From: a virus
DNA length: 64,000 nt
Strand: one strand, 5' to 3'
Virus record (IMG/VR): IMGVR_UViG_3300013102_000030
Coordinates: 96,001 to 160,000 of that record
Part shown: positions 56,250-64,000 of the stretch, one piece after another
Position numbering within the stretch: the stretch's first letter is position 1
Layout of the letters: every line of letters starts with the position of its first letter
Translations under genes and position numbers: made by a program
The notes under the pieces: model-generated
The model's database searches: none
What the model saw: the letters and a program-made list of their open reading frames with translations, nothing else
Told to the model about the DNA's origin: nothing

Positions 56250-56563
56250 ACACGTTCAAGCAAGGTGACCGAGTCCGGGTCAACAAGCCTGACTTCTGGA
56301 ATAATGGCAAGCAGGCCACCGTCAGGAACCACCACCCGAACGGGATGGTGAACGTGGTCTTTGATGCCAGCCCGAGGGACCATGTCTCGGCTGTCTGGCA
56401 CGAGGATCTGGAACATATCCTGACCGATGAGCAGGAGGTCCAGAAGATCATGGATGTCCTGAAGGAGGTCATCCGGGACTGGACTGAGGACCAGTACCGG
56501 GAGACGGCACAGGGGATCTACGACAACGGTCTCCGGTACGATCAGAAGGCCACACGTGGTTAG
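56246..56563 (+). CDS. KOW/SH3-like protein
   Basis: FKQGDRVRV...GK.ATV...V.FD. Confidence 0.75.
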   Translation: MNTFKQGDRVRVNKPDFWNNGKQATVRNHHPNGMVNVVFDASPRDHVSAVWHEDLEHILTDEQEVQKIMDVLKEVIRDWTEDQYRETAQGIYDNGLRYDQKATRG

Positions 56564-56629
56564 GGACTTCATCATCGGCGCTGTCCTGTGGACGGCACTC
56601 ATCGTCTTGGTCATCATCTTCAAGGTGGG

Positions 56630-56658
56630 TTGACACCCGGCACGAAGTTCCATAGACT
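56630..56658 (+). promoter_or_regulatory. Early promoter
   Basis: TTGACA-N17-TAGACT. Confidence 0.75.
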
Positions 56659-56693
56659 ATCTATATCTTACCAACACCAATCAAGGAGAACTG

Positions 56694-56945
56694 ATGATCC
56701 AGAACAAGGGTGACAAAGTCAAGGTCATCTCGGGACAGCACACAGGCAAGCGTGGGGTCGTTGACTCCTTCTGGCTGGAGATGTTCTGCCCTGACGGCAG
56801 GACGGTGGAAGTCGAACTGGACTCGGGCCAGATCGAAGCCTTCAAGCCGGAAGAGCTTGCAGAGGATCTGACCGAGGAGCAGGAAGCTCGCAAAGCTGAG
56901 TACGATGTGACACAGACCATTCTTGGATTCCCTGAGGAGGACTAA
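56694..56945 (+). CDS. KOW-motif protein
   Basis: KGDKVKVISGQHTGKRGVV. Confidence 0.85.
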   Translation: MIQNKGDKVKVISGQHTGKRGVVDSFWLEMFCPDGRTVEVELDSGQIEAFKPEELAEDLTEEQEARKAEYDVTQTILGFPEED

Positions 56946-57173
56946 ATGAGGACCGGACGACACCTGATCACGGGCAGTAAGGTAACCCTGAACCGAGACA
57001 TCACCACTCTGGACATCACCACGAAGGCTCAGAAGGTCTTCGTCAAAGGCACTCCGGGGATCGTGGATGCCGTCTACCGCAAGGACGGGGAGCAGCGGTT
57101 CTACGTCGTGCTGGAGGGCACGGTTGTTGCCTTCTTCCACGCTCAGGATCTTGACGATGCCGACGAGCAGTGA
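56946..57173 (+). CDS. SH3-like small protein
   Basis: G.KV.L.RD...GT.G.V. Confidence 0.7.
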   Translation: MRTGRHLITGSKVTLNRDITTLDITTKAQKVFVKGTPGIVDAVYRKDGEQRFYVVLEGTVVAFFHAQDLDDADEQ

Positions 57174-57375
57174 GCGGCTGATAGCCCGATCCAATGCCTA
57201 TATGGAGGCAGCGTCTTCCATGGAGGTACTTGCAGAGCGGACCAATGATCCGCTAGAGTCAGAAGAGTACGAAAGACTTGCAGAGAAGCTGTGGGCCGAA
57301 TGCACCCGGATCAACGGTCTGGCATTCAAACGACAAGAGAAGGAGAAGCACCTTGAGCACCGACGTAAAACCTAA
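57157..57375 (+). CDS. Hypothetical protein
   Basis: ORF. Confidence 0.6.
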   Translation: MPTSSERLIARSNAYMEAASSMEVLAERTNDPLESEEYERLAEKLWAECTRINGLAFKRQEKEKHLEHRRKT

Positions 57376-57709
57376 TCTGGCGGTACGGACGCTGTCCAAC
57401 GCCTATGATTCCAAGCGGGAGTACCCGCAGGCCAAGGTGGAGATCAAGTCATGGGTGGCCGCTGACCTGCTGGACTACGTTCAGGAGCTTGAGGCCAAGG
57501 TGGCATCAGCCAAGGTTGACGCGCTCCGTGAAGCTGCTGCCGCTGTCCATGAGAAGGGCACTGGTGTGGACGGGATCGAGTCCCGGACCTACGACGGCTA
57601 CCGTGGGGAGCCTCGTGGCTTCTTGCAGCGCCACAACGTGACCTCTGTCGGGAAGTGGCTCCAGTTCCGGGCAGAGAAGATCGAGCGTGGAGAACTGGAC
57701 ACTCCCTAG
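57353..57709 (+). CDS. Hypothetical protein
   Basis: AAGGAG RBS, TTG start; ALREAA...WL..RA. Confidence 0.7.
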   Translation: MSTDVKPNLAVRTLSNAYDSKREYPQAKVEIKSWVAADLLDYVQELEAKVASAKVDALREAAAAVHEKGTGVDGIESRTYDGYRGEPRGFLQRHNVTSVGKWLQFRAEKIERGELDTP

Positions 57710-57758
57710 ACTTCTCTGATAGTCTTTAGGTATTGCAGGAACAACAAAGGAGAAAAGC

Positions 57759-58115
57759 ATGGCAACGGAACCCACACTCATGAAGCTGAGGCTTCAGCAG
57801 ATCAACAAGATCGTGTCCAAGTTCGACCGCTTTCCCTCGCTGAAGGGGGTCAGTGAGATTGTTCAGGGGAAGCGGATCGGGGAGAGCGACCTCGCTACTG
57901 AGATCCGTGATGTCCTGAACAGCATGCCCAAGGGCTACACCGTTCGGGACCGCTCGCTGAAGACTCGGGCCAAGATGCGCTTCGTGCAGTGGCGCGAGAT
58001 GCAGGCCAAGGGCGAGTGGCGTAACCTCTCTGAAGAGGAGCAGGCCCGTTGGATGGCCTACGCTGAAGCTGGTACCGACCTCGGGACGATCTACAAGAAG
58101 GAGACGTATCGATGA
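57759..58115 (+). CDS. Hypothetical protein
   Basis: Promoter TGGACA-N18-TAGTCT (57696-57725); AAGGAG RBS. Confidence 0.75.
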   Translation: MATEPTLMKLRLQQINKIVSKFDRFPSLKGVSEIVQGKRIGESDLATEIRDVLNSMPKGYTVRDRSLKTRAKMRFVQWREMQAKGEWRNLSEEEQARWMAYAEAGTDLGTIYKKETYR

Positions 58116-58318
58116 GCAAGCCGCTGAAGAACCCGGACAACGTTGACCTGTCAGACCCTCACTACCGGATCGTGGAGTCCTTGGGAGTCCACGTAGTTGT
58201 CACGGTGCAGGATTTCGACTATGCTGATTACAACGGATTCTCCACGCGGAGGATCTACAAGTACACCAACAAGGGTTTCAGGAAGGCCAGCAAGAAAGCC
58301 AGCCGCCTGAACGACTAG
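58112..58318 (+). CDS. Hypothetical protein
   Basis: ATGA overlap. Confidence 0.7.
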   Translation: MSKPLKNPDNVDLSDPHYRIVESLGVHVVVTVQDFDYADYNGFSTRRIYKYTNKGFRKASKKASRLND

Positions 58319-58332
58319 ACCTAGGAGGGGAA

Positions 58333-58764
58333 ATGATCAGGACCAAGATCAAGTTCGAAGACATCAAGGCCGGTGACATGCTGTATGTCGTCGGCAAACA
58401 CGCTGGTCTGAAGATGGAGACCACCGGCATTGCCTTTGAGAAGACAGGCAACGATACTGCCGGTCACTACTGGATGACTTCGGAGGGTGGCACACTCATC
58501 GATGACCGGTACGATGATGAGGTTATCTACCGGCTCGATCTTGTGACTGCGTTCTTCTCCGACATCAAGCAGGGAGACCGCGTTCGCGTCTCGGAGAAGG
58601 TTGGGAATGTCGTGACCAGCCGGGAAGACACGTGCGTCTTCAAGGTCAGTGCCGGAAATGAGTACTGGCTCAACGACATGGGGCAGGTTGTCGTGATGGA
58701 ACACGTTGCCCCCGACATTGACCGCAACATCGAGATCTTGGAACGGAAGGAAACGGGTGAGTAA
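58333..58764 (+). CDS. Tandem F.DIK.GD family protein
   Basis: IKFEDIKAGD and FSDIKQGDRVRV. Confidence 0.8.
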   Translation: MIRTKIKFEDIKAGDMLYVVGKHAGLKMETTGIAFEKTGNDTAGHYWMTSEGGTLIDDRYDDEVIYRLDLVTAFFSDIKQGDRVRVSEKVGNVVTSREDTCVFKVSAGNEYWLNDMGQVVVMEHVAPDIDRNIEILERKETGE

Positions 58765-59059
58765 GACCCTAGAAGAAGTCATCTATCAGGTCCGATGGGT
58801 GGACGGGATCAAGAAAGATCCTGCCATGGTGTCGGACGCTGGTCTGGCTAAGGCCATCGAAGAGGCTGGCTGGACTCAGGACCCGCTGGAGGACAAGATC
58901 CGGGAGAGGATCGAGACGCTGAAGGAGCGCAGGAAGGCCCTGTGGCAGGAGATCCTTCGCTGTACACAGTACGACTATCGTATCCGGGAGTCAATGGTCA
59001 GGGCTGAGTACGAAGAGGCCCGTGTTGAGCAACGTGTACTGGAGTCGCTTCTCCCGTGA
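58757..59059 (+). CDS. Hypothetical coiled-coil protein
   Basis: AAGGA RBS, GTG start. Confidence 0.7.
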   Translation: MSKTLEEVIYQVRWVDGIKKDPAMVSDAGLAKAIEEAGWTQDPLEDKIRERIETLKERRKALWQEILRCTQYDYRIRESMVRAEYEEARVEQRVLESLLP

Positions 59060-59817
59060 CCTACGACTTTCAAAACTTTCATAACCGTTCCCGTTTGACT
59101 GAAGAGCAGCGATATGCTATTCTGGATTTGCTGGAAGAAGACCCGCATATCTCGATGGCTGAAGTTGCCCGTCAACTGGACATCAAGTACTCGTCCGTCC
59201 GCATGGGATTCGAATATCTGAAGGGACGCGACTCACACCAGAAGAGCATTCAGTCGGCTGAAGATCTTCGGATCGCTCAGGCTGTCACGCCTCTGATGAA
59301 GCAGGGCAAGACCTTCACGGAGATCAGGAAGCTCACAGGCTTCAGCAGCAACCGTATCAGGAGTGCTGCGCGTCGTCTGGGCCGCAAGGATCTGATGAAT
59401 CCGGCAACCATTGTGCCGCACGGAACTGCTTCAGGCTATGGCTACCACGGGTGCCGCTGCCTTGAGTGCATCACCTTCAACACCAACCGGAGCAAGAGGC
59501 TGTACGAAGACCGCAAGGCACGTGCAGCCACCGATGCTCCGCACGGAACTGAGACGGCCTACCGAAACTGGGGATGCCGGTGCAGGCCCTGTATCGACGC
59601 AGGGAACAAGTCCAACAAGGAAGCTCTCACTGTCCCTAATCTGGACAAGTTCCGGGATCACATCGTGTGGACTCGGGAAGAGGATGAGCAGATATTCGAC
59701 TACTCCTTGACGGCTAAGCAGTTGGCTGTCAAGCTGGGACGTGGAGTCTCTGCCATCAATCTGCGCCGGTCTGGGATGTGGGTTGGGCGTGAGCCTGCTG
59801 CTGTGGTAGGCTCATAG
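59056..59817 (+). CDS. Multi-HTH DNA-binding protein with two HGT..Y...GCRC..C motifs
   Basis: SMAEVARQL, TEI..LTG, WT.EED...LA..LGR. Confidence 0.75.
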   Translation: MTYDFQNFHNRSRLTEEQRYAILDLLEEDPHISMAEVARQLDIKYSSVRMGFEYLKGRDSHQKSIQSAEDLRIAQAVTPLMKQGKTFTEIRKLTGFSSNRIRSAARRLGRKDLMNPATIVPHGTASGYGYHGCRCLECITFNTNRSKRLYEDRKARAATDAPHGTETAYRNWGCRCRPCIDAGNKSNKEALTVPNLDKFRDHIVWTREEDEQIFDYSLTAKQLAVKLGRGVSAINLRRSGMWVGREPAAVVGS

Positions 59818-59818
59818 C

Positions 59819-59992
59819 ATGAAGAAGATCTTGTGTGCAGGGGCCGTAGCCCTGAGCGTTTTGTTCGTGACAGGCTGTGGCGACACCGTTGAGGATGTAC
59901 GCAAGAAGGCAGAGTTCGTCAAGGTCTGCAAAGACAGCGGTGGTGACATAGCCTACGATGGGTTCAACGGCATGCACTGCTGGTTCAAGTAA
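59819..59992 (+). CDS. Small leaderless lipoprotein (57 aa)
   Basis: Lipobox VTGC; TGG-TAGGCT-6nt-ATG. Confidence 0.7.
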   Translation: MKKILCAGAVALSVLFVTGCGDTVEDVRKKAEFVKVCKDSGGDIAYDGFNGMHCWFK

Positions 59993-60019
59993 CAATCAAA
60001 CGATAGAGGAGAAATAATT

Positions 60020-60646
60020 TTGGGTTTCAACAAGGGTGACATCGTCCGTCTCAAGGCTGGACAGCAGACCCACAACAGGGACTTCTACGGCATTGACCTT
60101 GAGGTCGTGAAAGATGAACCCGGAGCGTCCAGCCGTGAGCGTCTGATCTCGGTGAAGAAGGTCGGCTCCGATGGGACTAGCTGGAAGGACGCGACGGAGT
60201 TCTTTGACTGGCGGCTGGAGAAGGTACGGGTCAAGCGCGTCGTCGGTGAGAAGATCGCTGCTGCTGACATCAAGGTCGGAGACACCATCCATGCCGAATG
60301 GGTGAACGACGATCTGAAGCTGATGCGTGAAGGTGTTGTTGCCCGTATCACTCCGCTGGGCAGTCTTCTCACCGCTGGGAACCGCCACATCGACATCAGC
60401 GTTGCGGATGACACCTACACCCTGATCAAGGCCGCGCCGGAAGTTGATCTGCTGCTGGAGAAGATCAAGGATACCCCCACGGGCGGTGTTGTCCAGTTCC
60501 ACCTTCCGACTCCCCGTTTCGCCCGTAAGGGGATCTTCGGCTGGGACATCTACGGTGCAGGCGGTGTGTTGACAAAGTCAAGCGCTGAGCTTGCTCAGAT
60601 GCTGCGTCCGCTGGATGGCACCCGCTCCCTGAAGTGGCTTTCTTGA
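60020..60646 (+). CDS. Multi-SH3/KOW family protein
   Basis: FNKGDIVRL; AADIKVGDTI...REGVV; TTG start. Confidence 0.8.
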   Translation: MGFNKGDIVRLKAGQQTHNRDFYGIDLEVVKDEPGASSRERLISVKKVGSDGTSWKDATEFFDWRLEKVRVKRVVGEKIAAADIKVGDTIHAEWVNDDLKLMREGVVARITPLGSLLTAGNRHIDISVADDTYTLIKAAPEVDLLLEKIKDTPTGGVVQFHLPTPRFARKGIFGWDIYGAGGVLTKSSAELAQMLRPLDGTRSLKWLS

Positions 60647-61239
60647 GCGAGGGCGTAGGAGTCATCGGCCCGGAGCAGTCCGCTGCTCTGGATGCGCTGG
60701 AGGAAGTGTTCGGCCCTGTCGATCCGCTGCTCCACAACGTGAAGGACTCGCATGGTTTGAAGTCTGAGTACGGCTACAAGCACTGGATCGAGCGTAGCCT
60801 GAAGGAAGCGCTGATTCACTGGGGCCAGTACAAGCACGCGCTGACGGTGGACTGGGAAGAGGTAGAGCGCAAGCGCCACGAAGCCTACATCAAGCAGCAG
60901 CTTGAGCGTGGAGACAAGGTCCGTGACAACGTCGTGGGCGGTGCGTTCAACCAGTTGATGAGCCGTGCGCGTGCGTCCAAGACGGTTGCTACCCTTCAGT
61001 ACGAAGAGGACGGCTACTGGAACCTGATCGCCTATGGCGCTGAGGATGTCAACAAGGAACTGTTCTCCATGAGCTACATGCCTGCTGACATGGAGGTCAC
61101 GGTCACGATTGGACAGGACACGGTGATCACTGATAGTGTTTCACGCATGGTGGGTAGTTGTTCACCGCGTCAGCAGTTGAAGGGTTTGGACGCTGTGTTG
61201 ACTTGGCTGGATGAAAAGGATTTCCTTGTTTCAAATTGA
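60643..61239 (+). CDS. Hypothetical protein
   Basis: TTGA overlap. Confidence 0.7.
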   Translation: MSEGVGVIGPEQSAALDALEEVFGPVDPLLHNVKDSHGLKSEYGYKHWIERSLKEALIHWGQYKHALTVDWEEVERKRHEAYIKQQLERGDKVRDNVVGGAFNQLMSRARASKTVATLQYEEDGYWNLIAYGAEDVNKELFSMSYMPADMEVTVTIGQDTVITDSVSRMVGSCSPRQQLKGLDAVLTWLDEKDFLVSN

Positions 61240-61495
61240 TGGGTTGCTGGGGCCGGTCGTCTGGCGTGATGCTGAAGACATCATTGATGAGATCGGCCTC
61301 GCGCCTCTCGATCTGATAGCTGAGATTCAGCGACTGGACAACAAGATCGCTCTGGCTTATCAGATGGCGAACCACTTCCACGGGAACGGAAATATGATAC
61401 AGTCGAATGGCAGGCCGTTCCCCAAGGACGCGACTGATCGGGCTTGGGAAGCCGCCGCACGGATGCTGAAAGGAACACTGGACAATGCACGCTGA
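61226..61495 (+). CDS. Hypothetical protein
   Basis: AAAGGA RBS, TTG start. Confidence 0.65.
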   Translation: MFQIDGLLGPVVWRDAEDIIDEIGLAPLDLIAEIQRLDNKIALAYQMANHFHGNGNMIQSNGRPFPKDATDRAWEAAARMLKGTLDNAR

Positions 61496-61838
61496 TCCGA
61501 GAAACCCGTTTGAGGTCTATGAGGCCATGTGCAGGCTGAGGGCAGCATGCAAGCAGAGCATGTACGTGACCGTCTACCACAGCCGTGACCCCCGCGTCAA
61601 GGAGGCACTGGAGCGTCACGCTACGGCCATGCGGAAGATCGGTGAATCGATACGGGCGGTGGATGGCTGCTGCTCTGCCCATGTGGATATCCTCTGGTGG
61701 GGTGAACTGACTAAGTTCAAGTGGTGGCAGTGGCGTGCAGAGCGTAAGTTCATAGACGACTCTGCCGAATGGAAAAGGAACAAGACAGAAGAACTTCGGG
61801 CTGCGGCCCGTTCGATCAAAGAATTGGAGTTGGTTTGA
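61485..61838 (+). CDS. Hypothetical protein
   Basis: AAAGGA RBS. Confidence 0.7.
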   Translation: MHADPRNPFEVYEAMCRLRAACKQSMYVTVYHSRDPRVKEALERHATAMRKIGESIRAVDGCCSAHVDILWWGELTKFKWWQWRAERKFIDDSAEWKRNKTEELRAAARSIKELELV

Positions 61839-62800
61839 CAATCAAGAGTGCGTCAATCATTCTGGGTGAACAGCGCCAGAGTGTGACGAATGTTGACACG
61901 TGCGTGAAGGCTGATGAGCTTCGCGGGAGGAAGGAAGGATCTGCCTCTATCAAGGATCTCCGGAATGTGGTGGACTACGTTCGTCATATGGAGAAGGAGC
62001 TTGAGAAGGCTCCCAAGCCTGAGAAGATGCTCGCTTCGGGTGGCTGGTCCACTCCTGCCGACAAGACGTACGATCTGACACCGGCCAAGAAGCCTACCGA
62101 CTACATGTCTCAGGGCTACACATCCAGCATCCGCAGGGTCCGCTACGGCTCCCGCTACTGGATGGACTGGACGGTCAAGTGGGGCGGTGTACAGGTCGCT
62201 GAAGGATCTGACCTGACCACTGAGGATGCTGAGCGCCACATCGTGCAGGCGATTGAACAGGAGATCAAGCGCCGCAAGGAACTGAACCGCAAGGAGACCT
62301 CCTACATTGCTGAGTCGGGCCGGAAGTACATGTTCTCCCACGAGGTCAAGCGTTTCCTGTACGGTGGAATTTCGTGGAGCGTCTGGAACGCTGAAGGCAA
62401 GATGATCGCCACTGGAATCACCCGCTCTCTTGCTGATGGCGATAAGGAAGTCATGCGCTCAATGAAGGAATGGGTCAAGGACAAGGAAGGCTCCAAGCCT
62501 GTCCACCGGAACGTTGAAACCGTTCGTGGAGACCGGACCTACAAGCACTCCTACGTGGTGATCAATCGTGGCGCTGGTGAGTTCCAGTGGACGGCTTTCG
62601 TTGAGACAGCGTTCCGGAACGGGACTACGACACTGCCTCTCGCAAATGGCAAGGCATCGTCTCTTGCACAGGCTGAAGCTAACGCCAAGTCGGAGATCAA
62701 CACGGACTGCAACCATCGGGAGATCAAGCTCTCGGTGCAGGCTGTGAAGGATCGGTACACAGTTCCGCTTCCTCCTGCTTCTCTGTTCTCTCTCCGCTAG
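61835..62800 (+). CDS. Protein with three W.V......A.G...S...A repeats (YegP/DUF1508-like)
   Basis: Internal repeats; TTGA overlap. Confidence 0.7.
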   Translation: MTIKSASIILGEQRQSVTNVDTCVKADELRGRKEGSASIKDLRNVVDYVRHMEKELEKAPKPEKMLASGGWSTPADKTYDLTPAKKPTDYMSQGYTSSIRRVRYGSRYWMDWTVKWGGVQVAEGSDLTTEDAERHIVQAIEQEIKRRKELNRKETSYIAESGRKYMFSHEVKRFLYGGISWSVWNAEGKMIATGITRSLADGDKEVMRSMKEWVKDKEGSKPVHRNVETVRGDRTYKHSYVVINRGAGEFQWTAFVETAFRNGTTTLPLANGKASSLAQAEANAKSEINTDCNHREIKLSVQAVKDRYTVPLPPASLFSLR

Positions 62801-62849
62801 GAAAGGGCGTGACCTTCGGGTTGCGCCTTTTTCTGGGTTCTGATAGTCT
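62801..62849 (+). promoter_or_regulatory. Terminator hairpin overlapping a promoter
   Basis: GAAAGGGCGTGACC-TTCG-GGTTGCGCCTTTTT; TTGCGC-N17-TAGTCT. Confidence 0.7.
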
Positions 62850-62878
62850 TTGGTTATTGGCACCGACTACAGGAGGAC

Positions 62879-63424
62879 ATGATGAATCTCAGCATTGCAG
62901 CACTGGAACGTCTTGTGGCTTACTACGTACGTCACCACCTGAAGGATGTGGAGCTTCCCATGGGGGAAGGTGTCTTCATCTCCACGGTCGCTGAGCGCAT
63001 TCAGGAGGAGATCATGTTCGGCACGGAGACTGTCCGGGAACATCTGGTTCGGGGTAACACGGACGAGTGGATCGAACTGGGGATGATCATCGATGAGACG
63101 CTGAATCCTGCGTACCTTGACGGTGTCGAGTCGGAGTACTGGATGACCGATGACTCAGAAGAGATGCGCCTGCCTCTGGGTGATGGTCTGGGGACCGCAA
63201 CGGACAAGTTCATTGCTCGCTGCGCTCATGAGAACTGCGCTATGTATCTGGAGGACAGTGAAGGTCGCGTCCTGCTCATCTGGGGCGGATCTCAGAGCGT
63301 GGAAGATGAGGGTCTTGTCGATCCCATGGCACCTGTGATGGGTGGCTGGCGGCTGGCTGAAGAGAAAGCCATGCTTCACTACTGGAACGTGGAGCGCCAC
63401 TTGGAAGGTCGGCCCGAGTTGTAA
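62879..63424 (+). CDS. Acidic hypothetical protein
   Basis: AGGAGG RBS. Confidence 0.7.
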   Translation: MMNLSIAALERLVAYYVRHHLKDVELPMGEGVFISTVAERIQEEIMFGTETVREHLVRGNTDEWIELGMIIDETLNPAYLDGVESEYWMTDDSEEMRLPLGDGLGTATDKFIARCAHENCAMYLEDSEGRVLLIWGGSQSVEDEGLVDPMAPVMGGWRLAEEKAMLHYWNVERHLEGRPEL

Positions 63425-63483
63425 TTGCTCGGGAAGTGTGTTTGAATAGTTGAAGACTTGTTGGATAAGAAAAGGAGAAGGAC

Positions 63484-64000
63484 ATGCCTGTAGGTGGAAC
63501 GATCACGCTCAAGGGAAGGATCTGGCAGGAGCGAGGATGCTCGATGATCAACTGGGAGATTCGGGACGGGTCGGATGTCAATGCGCGGATCGCCGGAGGA
63601 CAGGTGAACAACCGTCAGGCCGCACACAACAAGATCATGGGCCACGTCCAGTTGATGTCAGGCCGCTACGGCTGTAAGGTAGGGATCGACGTTGAGACCG
63701 CCTTTACCCCTGACCTCTCGGATCTGGAGAAGATCAAGGAGAACGCGCTGGAGATGGCCGGTGCGCGTGGTGCCCACATCGAAGAGGCAACGGAAACGAT
63801 TCTGGCTCTCGTGGAGGAGCTTCAGAAGACACAGCGGACGCTTCGGATGTATGAGCAGCGGACTGTCAACACCGTTGCCCGGAACCTGTTCCTTGACCGG
63901 AGCCGCCACAACACGGAGCAGGAGTGGGCGCACCTGCCCCTTCAGGCCGCGCAGGAGTGGTTCAAGGAAGCACGTCGTGTGCTGGAGATCAGAGAGCCGC
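63484..64000 (+). CDS. Hypothetical protein, partial (runs off the window)
   Basis: AAGGAGAAGG RBS; ATG frame open to the end. Confidence 0.7.
   Translation, partial: MPVGGTITLKGRIWQERGCSMINWEIRDGSDVNARIAGGQVNNRQAAHNKIMGHVQLMSGRYGCKVGIDVETAFTPDLSDLEKIKENALEMAGARGAHIEEATETILALVEELQKTQRTLRMYEQRTVNTVARNLFLDRSRHNTEQEWAHLPLQAAQEWFKEARRVLEIREP

Noticed and set aside
56694-57173. In-frame TAA-ATG junction as readthrough
   Set aside because: The downstream gene has its own GAGGAGG RBS; ordinary adjacent genes
48068-60646. I..IK.GD motifs as intein/Hint domains
   Set aside because: No N-terminal Cys block, TxxH or terminal HN; the domains are too short
1-64000. Genome-wide TGA-to-Trp reassignment
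   Set aside because: Many genes end in TGA with NTGA overlaps, TGG is used throughout, and no suppressor tRNA is in the window
1-64000. CRISPR array, integrase, transposase or reverse transcriptase
   Set aside because: No regularly spaced direct repeats or catalytic motifs seen

Overview
This 64 kb window is from a large, apparently lytic actinobacteriophage. The evidence is WhiB, a sortase LAxTG substrate, leaderless genes, actinophage-type HNH and HGT-CRC motifs, and no integrase or repressor seen. An Arthrobacter/Micrococcaceae-like host is only an inference. Left part (1-37 kb): nine tRNA genes in two clusters, a tRNA-repair toolkit (two RNA ligases, Pnkp, a CCA-adding-type enzyme, an RlaP-type nucleotidyltransferase, PIN-PhoH), rIIA/rIIB, sugar-modifying enzymes, two minor tail/CBM proteins, a BCS1-like AAA ATPase, WhiB, DinG, primase and an SF3 helicase. 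A reverse-strand terminase lies at 39.8-41.3 kb. Right part (37-64 kb): small genes under repeated TTGACA-N17-TAGTCT promoters, rich in KOW/SH3-like paralogs. Most notable observations: (1) several convincing genes appear to start at ATC, ATT or CTG, alongside about 18 TTG starts and two aberrant CAU-anticodon tRNAs; (2) an anticodon-less tRNA-like RNA sits inside a tRNA operon; (3) a promoter-terminator-bounded three-hairpin sRNA has an anti-SD loop that perfectly complements a phage RBS; (4) H-type pseudoknots recur in tRNA spacers; (5) a 1282-aa tail protein has nested (matryoshka) repeat domains. All assignments come from manual motif reading; no searches were run.
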